Shown here: positions 55,866-64,000 of the stretch, one piece after another
Layout: the number at the start of each line of letters is the position of its first letter
How positions within the stretch are numbered: position 1 is the first letter of the stretch
Assembly: GCF_963925415.1 (NCBI RefSeq)
Contig: NZ_CAWUTS010000026.1
Coordinates: 1,776 to 65,775 of the forward strand
Length of the DNA: 64,000 nucleotides
From: an uncultured Flavobacterium sp.
GTDB taxonomy: Bacteria > Bacteroidota > Bacteroidia > Flavobacteriales > Flavobacteriaceae
Reading direction: 5' to 3'
Made by a program: the position numbers and the translations under genes
The notes under the pieces: model-generated
Databases searched by the model: none
What the model was told of the DNA's origin: nothing
Seen by the model: only the letters and a program-made list of their open reading frames with translations

Positions 55866-56777
55866 ATGAATAATTGGCAGCCTTATATCAAAGAATATCA
55901 AAACTACTTAAAGCTTGAACGAGGTTTGTCTTTAAATACCATTCAGAATTACACATTTGATATTAAAAAATTAGTTTTGTTTATAGAAACCAATGCAATT
56001 GTACAAAACCCTGTAACCATTACAGAAGAAACCATTCAGCAATTTATATATCATATATCATCTTTAGTAAACGCTAGAAGTCAGGCACGAGTTATTTCGG
56101 GCTTAAAAAATTTTTTTACTTACATTTTATTTGAAGATTATAGAAAAGATAACCCATTAGAATTAATTGAAGTTCCAAAAACAGGACGTAAATTACCCGA
56201 TACATTATCTACTGAAGAGATTGATCAATTAATAGGTGCTATAGACTTGTATTCAAACGAAGGTGAACGAAATAGAGCTATAGTAGAAACGTTGTACAGT
56301 TGTGGCTTGCGCGTGTCTGAGTTAACGGATTTAAAAATTTCGGATTTATTTTTTGAAGAGGGATTTATTAAAGTTACGGGAAAAGGTAATAAACAAAGGT
56401 TTGTGCCTGTTGGAAGTACTACTGAAAAATACATTGAAATTTATAAAAATCACATCCGTTCTCATCTAAACATTCAAAAAGGTTATGAAGACACATTATT
56501 TTTAAACAGGAGAGGAAAAAAACTTACCAGAGCTATGATTTTCACTATAGTTAAAAATTTAGCTGTCAAAATTAATTTGAATAAAGTTATAAGTCCACAC
56601 ACGTTTCGTCATTCGTTTGCTACGCATTTATTAGAAAATGGAGCAGACCTGCGTTCTATTCAACTGATGTTAGGTCATGAATCAATAACTACAACGGAAG
56701 TTTATATGCATTTGGACAGAAAACATTTAGCTCAAATTTTAACTCAATTTCATCCAAGAAAACAGGTTTCTTTTTAG
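55866..56777 (+). CDS. xerD: Site-specific tyrosine recombinase XerD
   Basis: LERGLS.NT..Y, LYSCGLRVSE, GKGNKQR, HTFRHSFATHLL, LGHESITTTEVY. Confidence 0.9.
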   Translation: MNNWQPYIKEYQNYLKLERGLSLNTIQNYTFDIKKLVLFIETNAIVQNPVTITEETIQQFIYHISSLVNARSQARVISGLKNFFTYILFEDYRKDNPLELIEVPKTGRKLPDTLSTEEIDQLIGAIDLYSNEGERNRAIVETLYSCGLRVSELTDLKISDLFFEEGFIKVTGKGNKQRFVPVGSTTEKYIEIYKNHIRSHLNIQKGYEDTLFLNRRGKKLTRAMIFTIVKNLAVKINLNKVISPHTFRHSFATHLLENGADLRSIQLMLGHESITTTEVYMHLDRKHLAQILTQFHPRKQVSF

Positions 56778-56795
56778 TTAACTAAATCTTTAAAT

Positions 56796-56827
56796 AAAAA
56801 AAACGCATTAATTTAATGCGTTTTTTT
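56796..56827. terminator. Bidirectional terminator between xerD and rny
   Basis: A8-CGCATTAA-T-TTAATGCG-T7. Confidence 0.85.
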
Positions 56828-56845
56828 AAAACAAAGTGTACAGGT

Positions 56846-58411
56846 CTACTTGGCTATATTTACAGCTCTAGTTTCCCTAATAACTGTAATTTTAACTTGA
56901 CCTGGGTATGTCATTTCTGTTTGAATTTTGTGTGAAATTTCAAATGAAAGTGTTGCAGCTAAATCATCTGACACTTTTTCACTTTCAACAATTACACGTA
57001 ATTCTCTACCCGCTTGAATGGCATATGCACTTTTTACTCCTGTAAATCCATAAGCTATATCTTCTAAGTCTTTTAAACGTTGTATGTAAGAATCTAATAC
57101 TTGTCTTCTTGCACCTGGTCTTGCACCTGAAATTGCATCACAAACTTGAATTATAGGAGAAATTAAATATTTCATTTCTATTTCATCATGGTGAGCCCCT
57201 ATTGCATTACAAACTTCTTCTTTTTCACCATATTTTTCAGCCCATTGCATACCTAAAATTGCGTGGGGTAATTCGCTTTCTGTATCGGGCACTTTTCCAA
57301 TATCATGAAGTAAACCAGCTCTTTTAGCTAATTTTACGTTTAGGCCTAATTCTGCAGCCATAATTCCACAAAGGTTGGCCACTTCTCTCGAGTGTTGTAG
57401 TAAGTTTTGACCATACGAAGAACGATATTTCATTCTACCTACAATTTTTATTAGTTCAGGATGTAATCCATGAATTCCTAAGTCAATTACAGTACGTTTA
57501 CCGATGTCTATTATTTCTTCTTCTATTTGTTTCTGAGTTTTAGCAACGACCTCTTCAATTCTTGCAGGGTGTATTCTACCATCCGTTACTAATTTGTGAA
57601 GGGCTAATCGAGCAATTTCTCTTCTTACAGGATCAAAACAAGATAGTATAATAGCTTCTGGCGTATCATCTACAATAATTTCTACCCCCGTTGCGGCTTC
57701 TATAGCTCTAATATTTCTTCCTTCTCGACCAATAATTCTTCCTTTAACGTCATCAGATTCTATATTGAATACAGATATGCAATTTTCTACTGCCTCCTCT
57801 GTTCCAACTCTTAGAATGGTGCTTATTATTATTTTCTTAGCTTCTTGTTGTGCAGTTAATTTAGCTTCTTCAATAGTTTCTTGAATGTGAGCCATAGCAT
57901 TTGTTTTAGCTTCAGCTTTTAAACTTTCCACCAATTGGTTTGTAGCTTCTTCAGCAGATAAGCCTGAAATAACCTCAAGTTGAACAATTTGAGACTTATG
58001 CATTTTATCTACATCAATTTGTTTTTTTTCTAACAAATCAAGACGAGAGGTGTAATCCGTTATTTTTGCTTCTGCCTCATCGTTTATTTTTTTGGTCTTA
58101 GCTAACTCACTAGATACTTGAGATTCTTTATCTCTAGTTCTTTTTTCAGCTTCAGCCATCTTTTTATCTTTAGTTAAAATGTCTTTTTCATGTTCAGATT
58201 TTAGCTCTAAAAACTTTTCTTTTGCTTGAAGTAATTTGTCTTTCTTAAGAGATTCCCCCTCAGATTTAGCTTCTTTTAATATAGAAAAAGCTTCCTTTTT
58301 TGCATTTTTTACAAGATTGGAAACATTATTTTTTTCCATTATCTTAGCTATGATGAAACCTAATGCTATTCCAACTACTCCTCCTATTACTATTGTTAAT
58401 ATGTTGTCCAT
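56846..58411 (-). CDS. rny: Ribonuclease Y
   Basis: N-terminal TM, coiled coil, KH domain [15 protein letters not shown] domain LLHDIGK. Confidence 0.98.
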   Translation of the reverse strand: MDNILTIVIGGVVGIALGFIIAKIMEKNNVSNLVKNAKKEAFSILKEAKSEGESLKKDKLLQAKEKFLELKSEHEKDILTKDKKMAEAEKRTRDKESQVSSELAKTKKINDEAEAKITDYTSRLDLLEKKQIDVDKMHKSQIVQLEVISGLSAEEATNQLVESLKAEAKTNAMAHIQETIEEAKLTAQQEAKKIIISTILRVGTEEAVENCISVFNIESDDVKGRIIGREGRNIRAIEAATGVEIIVDDTPEAIILSCFDPVRREIARLALHKLVTDGRIHPARIEEVVAKTQKQIEEEIIDIGKRTVIDLGIHGLHPELIKIVGRMKYRSSYGQNLLQHSREVANLCGIMAAELGLNVKLAKRAGLLHDIGKVPDTESELPHAILGMQWAEKYGEKEEVCNAIGAHHDEIEMKYLISPIIQVCDAISGARPGARRQVLDSYIQRLKDLEDIAYGFTGVKSAYAIQAGRELRVIVESEKVSDDLAATLSFEISHKIQTEMTYPGQVKITVIRETRAVNIAK

Positions 58412-58440
58412 GTTGTGTTTAAAAAAAATTATAAAAAAAA

Positions 58441-58600
58441 GCCTACATTAGGGAATTGCATAAACTCTAATAATATACAAGTTTTGAGCTAGTTTGCCAT
58501 TCAAGATTCCTTGCTAAAAAGCATGGCATTCTTTAGTTGCAATAATTCACTCATTTTAATTTGTGTCTGTTGAGTTTACCAAATAGATACTAATGTAGGC
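58441..58600 (-). ncRNA. ssrS: 6S RNA (Flavobacteria type); ends approximate
   Basis: Long rod: GCCTACATTAG (58441-51) pairs with CTAATGTAGGC (58590-600), TAAACTC pairs with GAGTTTA; lies between zapA and rny. Confidence 0.8.
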
Positions 58601-58623
58601 AGTATTGTTAATGTAAGAACGTG

Positions 58624-58917
58624 TTATTTTGCAAGAATTCGACTCATTTTATTATCTAATTTTTGAAGTCTTTCAAATGCATCTGTATAATCTTTCGATT
58701 TGTCGAGTTGCTTTTGTTCAACCTGAGAGGCAAATTGCAAAGCACACATGGCTATTACATCTTGTTTGTCTCTTACGGCATAGTTTTGTTCAAACTGTTT
58801 GATCATTACATCAATTTTTTTAGAAGCACTTCTAAGGCCTTCTTCTTGAGAATGTTCCACTGTTAGGGGGTACACTCTGTCTGCTATTGATATTTTAATT
58901 TTAAGTTTATTTTCCAT
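58624..58917 (-). CDS. zapA: Cell division protein ZapA
   Basis: IKISIADRVYPL, EEGLRSA, DKQDVIAMCAL. Confidence 0.9.
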   Translation of the reverse strand: MENKLKIKISIADRVYPLTVEHSQEEGLRSASKKIDVMIKQFEQNYAVRDKQDVIAMCALQFASQVEQKQLDKSKDYTDAFERLQKLDNKMSRILAK

Positions 58918-58923
58918 TTCTTT

Positions 58924-59214
58924 CTATTCAGAAAGTTGTGCTATACAATAATCGATTTCTCTAATTAAAGAATTTATTTTGAGTTTTGTTTCTCTTTTGT
59001 TTTCATCACTGCCTAATATTGCATTGACTGTTTTTAAGCTTTTTATTTGATGTTCTAGATCAATTTTATTTTCTAACTGATTTTTATTGATTTCTTTAAA
59101 TTGTAATAATTCTTCAGTCAATTCTTGATTTTTTTTTTCCAGTGCATTCAACCTGTTATGCATTTTTGAAAACTTAACTTCAAGAGAATCAATCAATTCA
59201 GTTAATCCACTCAT
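58924..59214 (-). CDS. Coiled-coil protein (ZapB-like)
   Basis: Heptad pattern; KLKINSLIREIDYCIAQL; directly upstream of zapA. Confidence 0.75.
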   Translation of the reverse strand: MSGLTELIDSLEVKFSKMHNRLNALEKKNQELTEELLQFKEINKNQLENKIDLEHQIKSLKTVNAILGSDENKRETKLKINSLIREIDYCIAQLSE

Positions 59215-59375
59215 AAAACGGTTTTTTCAGTACAATATTTACAAAGTTATGATTTGAATTTGAATTAGCAACATTTTTTTATTTTTTTTCATATTTTTTT
59301 CTTTATTTTTTTGATTTACTTGTTTTATAAGGAGTTATTTATTTATTTTTAATTTTTAAATGCAAAATAGCACAA

Positions 59376-61061
59376 ATGAAATATGCTTTTCTACTATTTT
59401 TTATTGGGTTTTATAGTTTTGGACAAGATTATCCTAAAGATTATTTTAATGCTCCATTAAATATTCCTTTAGATCTATCGGGTTCGTTTGGAGAACTTCG
59501 AAGCAATCATTTTCATTCGGGTTTAGACCTAAAAACAAAAAACAAAACAGGTCTGCCTGTTTTGGCAGTGGCAGATGGTTATGTGTCTCGAATCAAAATT
59601 TCTACCTGGGGTTATGGAAAAGCGATATATGTAAATCATCCTAACGGATTTACATCTGTTTATGGGCATTTAGAATCTGCAAATGGTACAATTGAACAAA
59701 CGATACACCAAAAGCATTATGTAGAAAAGGCTTTTGAAATTGAATTGTTTTTTAAGCCAAAAGAATTGCCTGTAAAAAAAGGAGAAATAATTGCTTTTTC
59801 AGGAAATAGCGGAGGTAGTGGTGGACCACATTTACATTTTGAAATACGTGATACCCGTACCGAAAATATTATTAATCCGCTACTTTTTGGCTTTGATAAA
59901 TTTGTTGTAGACACATTTAGACCCAAAATTAATAGTGTTTTGGTCTATCCAATGAACGATAGCATTGCCATTAACAATGCATACAAACCTCAAAATATTC
60001 AATTGACAATTAATGCTCAGGGTAATTATGTAGCCAATAAAATTACAACTAATGGTGCCATTGGCTTTAGTTTAAATACTTATGATAACATGACAAATTC
60101 ATATAATAAAAATGGCATTTATAAGGTTTCAACTTTTGTAAATGGCGTGCCTTATTTTTCATATAAATTTGATACCTTTTCATTTGATGAGTCTAAACAT
60201 ATTAATTTTTTTATTGATTATTTTAGATATAAAAATTTAAAACAACGTTTTCAAAAAATGTTTATGGATGCAGCATATCCTTTGTCGATAGTTAATCAAA
60301 ATCAAAAAGATGGGGTATTGCACGTACAGCCTGCAGCATCGTATATTTATAAAATTGTGGTCGAAGATTTTTCACAAAATAAAACTGTTGTTGAAATTCC
60401 GGTGGTTCATAAAAAACAGAACATAGTGCAAAATGATGTTGCAATTACAGGCAAAAAAATAAAAGCAAAAAACGAATATATTTTTGAAGAAGACTTTTGT
60501 ACTGTTACTTTTCCGTCAAATACATTTTATGAAGATTTTAATATTAAAATGAATGTAAAAGATGGTGTTTTGTATTTGCATGAAGATGAAATACCTGTAA
60601 AAAATAGTTTTACCGTATCGTTTGATGTGTCTAATTTAGATGAAAAAATAAAAAATAAAAGTTTCATTGCTAATGTAAATGGCAAATACATCAGCTATTG
60701 TAAATCTTATTTGAATAAAAATAAAATTTATTCTAAAGTTAAGAAACTAGGTGTTTATAAAGTAGTTCAAGATACTATTGCTCCTAAAATTTACGCAGCA
60801 AACTTTACCACAGACAAAATCATTGATTCCTATAAAAACCTATCTGTTAAAATATCAGATGATGGTTCTGGAATTGATTCGTACACAGCTTATTTAAATG
60901 ATAAATGGATTTTAATGGAGTATGATTATAAAACTAAAAAACTCACACACAATTTATCTGATCAAATTTACGTTATAGGTAAAAATGATTTTAAATTAGT
61001 TGTAACCGATGAAATGAATAATTCTACTATCTTTGAAAGCCGTTTTTATAAGAACAATTAA
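59376..61061 (+). CDS. M23 family metallopeptidase
   Basis: HFHSGLD, YGHL, SGNSGGSGGPHLHFEIR; signal peptide. Confidence 0.93.
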   Translation: MKYAFLLFFIGFYSFGQDYPKDYFNAPLNIPLDLSGSFGELRSNHFHSGLDLKTKNKTGLPVLAVADGYVSRIKISTWGYGKAIYVNHPNGFTSVYGHLESANGTIEQTIHQKHYVEKAFEIELFFKPKELPVKKGEIIAFSGNSGGSGGPHLHFEIRDTRTENIINPLLFGFDKFVVDTFRPKINSVLVYPMNDSIAINNAYKPQNIQLTINAQGNYVANKITTNGAIGFSLNTYDNMTNSYNKNGIYKVSTFVNGVPYFSYKFDTFSFDESKHINFFIDYFRYKNLKQRFQKMFMDAAYPLSIVNQNQKDGVLHVQPAASYIYKIVVEDFSQNKTVVEIPVVHKKQNIVQNDVAITGKKIKAKNEYIFEEDFCTVTFPSNTFYEDFNIKMNVKDGVLYLHEDEIPVKNSFTVSFDVSNLDEKIKNKSFIANVNGKYISYCKSYLNKNKIYSKVKKLGVYKVVQDTIAPKIYAANFTTDKIIDSYKNLSVKISDDGSGIDSYTAYLNDKWILMEYDYKTKKLTHNLSDQIYVIGKNDFKLVVTDEMNNSTIFESRFYKNN

Positions 61062-61073
61062 ATAATAATCCCT

Positions 61074-63527
61074 TTGAAATACATCCTTTTTTTTCTATTA
61101 TTTTGCAATATAATTTTTGCTCAATTAGCCCAAATAAAAGGGGTAATTTTAAATGAGTTTGAAGAACCTGTAGAAAATGTAACGGTCAAAGTAGGCGAAC
61201 TAGGTACAACAACAGATGCAACGGGTTTTTATATACTTCAATTTCCTGCTAATAAAAAAGTAACAGTTTCTTTTTCTCATATTTCATACAAAAATGCCAC
61301 ATTAAATAATTTGGAATTAAAGCCAAATGAAGATTACGAGTTTAATCCCGTAATGAATATAAATGTTGAGCAAATTGGTGAAGTAACCCTTGTGGGCGTA
61401 AATAAAAAAAGGATTGAAGGTTTAACAGCTATAGAGCCTTTACTAATTAGAAGAATTGTAGGTGCAAATCCAGGAATTGAAAACATCATTAAAACTTTAC
61501 CAGGTGTTTATTCTAATAATGAATTAAGTACTTCTTATGCAGTTCGTGGAGGAAATTATGATGAAAACTTGGTTTATGTTAATGAAATTGAAGTGTATCG
61601 TCCGTTTTTAATTCGTTCAGGTCAGCAAGAAGGCTTGAGCTTTACCAATACAGACTTAGTTGAAAATGTTGATTTTTCAGCAGGAGGGTTTCAAGCTAAA
61701 TATGGAGATAAAATGGCTTCGGTTTTAGATATTACTTACAAAAACCCAACACAATTTGGAGCAAGTGTAGACGCTAGTTTTTTAGGAATAAACGCATCCA
61801 TAGCAGGGATTTCTAAAAATCAAAAATGGTCAAATATTACAGGTATTCGTTATAGAAACAACAGTCTTTTAGTTAACAGTCAAGATACAGAAACCAATTA
61901 CAAACCATCGTTTACAGATATTCAAACTTTATTAAGCTATAACGCTTCAACAAAATGGCAATGGAGCTTTTTAGGTAATATTGCACAAAACAAATACAAT
62001 TATCAACCTCTATTTAGGCAAACTAATTTTGGAACCATAAGTGAGCCTATTGGTATTCAGGTGTTTTATGAGGGTCAAGAAAAAGATGAATATACTACTG
62101 TTTTTGGAGCTGCTAAGGCTGTGTATCAATACAATGATAACAATAAATTAAAGTTTATTTTTTCAACCTATAACACTCAAGAACAAGAATATTTTGATAT
62201 TTTAGCTCAATATCGTTTAGGAGAAGTAGATACCAATATTGGGTCAGAAACCTTTGGTGATGTTCAATTTACTCGTGGTATAGGCTCACAGTTAACTCAT
62301 GCTCGAAATAATTTAGACGCCCTTATCATCAACTCTGAAGTTAAAGGATTTCACAAATTAGATGAAAAAAGCGAAATAGAGTGGGGTTTTAAATACACCA
62401 GAGAAGACATCAAAGATAGAGTAGTGGAATGGGAAGTTATTGACTCTGCCGGTTTTTCGTTACCTAATCCGCTTTTAGGATATACCAACAACCAGCCGTA
62501 TAGTCCAAACGAGTACCCACTGACACCTTATCAATACGTAAGGGCTACAAATAATACCACAATAAATAGAGTATCGGGTTATGGTCAATGGAATTATCGG
62601 GGCAAATTATCGTCAGGTGAATATTGGTTAAATACAGGTATTCGTTTTCATCAATGGCACGTTCAAGATGATGTCAATAATGGAACAGCTCAAGTTGTTT
62701 TTGCACCCCGAGTTCAGTTTGCTTATAAACCCTATTGGAAAAAAGATATGTTGTTTAGAGCTTCGGTTGGTGTTTATAATCAACCTCCTTTTTACAGAGA
62801 GTTAAGAGATTATAAAGGTATGGTGCAAACCAATGTAAAAGCGCAGCAATCTATTCATTTTGTTCTGAGTAACGATTATAGTTTTAAAATGTGGGGTAGG
62901 GGTTTTAAATTGATCTCTGAATTGTATTATAAAGATCTTAAAAATGTTAATACCTATACGATTGATAATGTACGAATTCGATACAGAGCCAATAATAATG
63001 CCACTGCTTATGCATATGGATTTGATACACGAATAAATGGAGAATTTGTACCTGGAACAGAGTCGTGGTTTACGTTTGGTTATTTAAAAACAGAAGAAAA
63101 TCAAGACGGTAGAGGTTTTATTGCTCGTCCAACAGATCAACGGTTAAAATTCGGAATTTTATTTCAAGACTATATGCCCAATATTCCCAATTTAAAAATT
63201 TATTTAAATTTGGTTTATAATACAGGATTGCCTGGTGGTTCACCTTCTTATGCTGACCCTTACGACTATCAACTGCGTTTAAATGACTACAGAAGAATAG
63301 ATACCGGATTTTCGTATGTATTTAAAGATGAATCGATTTTATCGCAACGCAGTTGGTTAAAATCGTTTAGTGAATTTGCTCTTGGTTTTGAGATTTATAA
63401 CATGTTTAACAATCAAAATGCTATTACCAATACTTGGGTTAGAGATGTGTATACAAAAAGTCAATATGGCATACCAAATTACATGACCACAAGAGTTTTT
63501 AATATAAAATTATCGGCAAGATTATAA
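61074..63527 (+). CDS. TonB-dependent receptor
   Basis: N-terminal carboxypeptidase-regulatory-like domain; plug LPGV..VRGG..ENLVYVN; GGFQAKYG; barrel. Confidence 0.9.
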   Translation: MKYILFFLLFCNIIFAQLAQIKGVILNEFEEPVENVTVKVGELGTTTDATGFYILQFPANKKVTVSFSHISYKNATLNNLELKPNEDYEFNPVMNINVEQIGEVTLVGVNKKRIEGLTAIEPLLIRRIVGANPGIENIIKTLPGVYSNNELSTSYAVRGGNYDENLVYVNEIEVYRPFLIRSGQQEGLSFTNTDLVENVDFSAGGFQAKYGDKMASVLDITYKNPTQFGASVDASFLGINASIAGISKNQKWSNITGIRYRNNSLLVNSQDTETNYKPSFTDIQTLLSYNASTKWQWSFLGNIAQNKYNYQPLFRQTNFGTISEPIGIQVFYEGQEKDEYTTVFGAAKAVYQYNDNNKLKFIFSTYNTQEQEYFDILAQYRLGEVDTNIGSETFGDVQFTRGIGSQLTHARNNLDALIINSEVKGFHKLDEKSEIEWGFKYTREDIKDRVVEWEVIDSAGFSLPNPLLGYTNNQPYSPNEYPLTPYQYVRATNNTTINRVSGYGQWNYRGKLSSGEYWLNTGIRFHQWHVQDDVNNGTAQVVFAPRVQFAYKPYWKKDMLFRASVGVYNQPPFYRELRDYKGMVQTNVKAQQSIHFVLSNDYSFKMWGRGFKLISELYYKDLKNVNTYTIDNVRIRYRANNNATAYAYGFDTRINGEFVPGTESWFTFGYLKTEENQDGRGFIARPTDQRLKFGILFQDYMPNIPNLKIYLNLVYNTGLPGGSPSYADPYDYQLRLNDYRRIDTGFSYVFKDESILSQRSWLKSFSEFALGFEIYNMFNNQNAITNTWVRDVYTKSQYGIPNYMTTRVFNIKLSARL

Positions 63528-63540
63528 ACGGCTAATTTTT

Positions 63541-64000
63541 TTATTCAAAACTCTGCATCATTACTAATTTAGAATACATTCCTTCTTTAGTCATTAATTC
63601 TGCGTGAGTTCCTTGCTCAACAATTTCACCTTTTTGCATTACAATGATGTTATCTGCTTTTTGAATCGTAGATAATCTATGTGCAATAACTATTGATGTT
63701 CTATTTTGCATCATGTTTTCTAGAGCAACTTGAACAAATTTTTCACTTTCTGTATCTAATGCAGAAGTTGCTTCATCTAAAATCATAATTGGAGGGTTTT
63801 TCAAAACGGCTCTAGCAATAGATAAGCGTTGTTTTTGTCCACCAGATAATTTTCCACCTGCATCACCAATATTTGTTTCTATTCCTAAGGGTAAATCTGT
63901 TACAAATTCATAAGCATTAGCAACTTTTAGAGCTTCTAATATTTCTTCATCAGTTGCGTCAGGTTTTCCAATAAGTATGTTGTTTTTTATAGTATCATTA
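63541..64000 (-). CDS. ABC transporter ATP-binding protein (MsbA-like), C-terminal part; truncated by window end
   Basis: LSGGQKQR, ILDEATSALD, IAHRLSTI. Confidence 0.92.
   Translation of the reverse strand, partial: NDTIKNNILIGKPDATDEEILEALKVANAYEFVTDLPLGIETNIGDAGGKLSGGQKQRLSIARAVLKNPPIMILDEATSALDTESEKFVQVALENMMQNRTSIVIAHRLSTIQKADNIIVMQKGEIVEQGTHAELMTKEGMYSKLVMMQSFE

Noticed and set aside
55866-56777. Tyrosine recombinase as the island integrase
   Set aside because: Size (303 aa), motifs and aroQ/rny context fit housekeeping XerD, and it lies 13 kb outside the att repeats

Overview
AT-rich chromosomal window from a Flavobacterium-like (Bacteroidota) genome, judged from gene content, T9SS PorP/PorE-like genes, TAnnTTTG promoters and a zapA-6S-rny locus. 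It is mostly housekeeping: rpoB end, rpoC (split by a 1-nt frameshift in an A7 run), prfC, SurA/PPIase-MoxR cluster, aconitase, long-form GAPDH, HtrA, dapF, mltG, dnaA, ribD, prmC, hisS, tRNA-Met, hup, fmt, recQ, murA, aroQ, xerD, rny, 6S RNA, zapA, an M23 peptidase and a TonB-dependent receptor. The one accessory element is a ~6.8-kb integrase-less island bounded by a 19-bp duplication of the tRNA-Met 3' end. It carries a heavy-metal RND efflux operon with no transcription-factor gene, headed by an exported His-rich ORF ending in RGPP, a candidate metal-sensing ribosome-arrest leader. Other notable signals are a candidate sRNA convergent with hisS, a shared LacI-like operator at the aconitase and GAPDH promoters, and an unannotated 29-aa membrane peptide after dapF. 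Product calls come from recognising motifs by eye; no searches were run.
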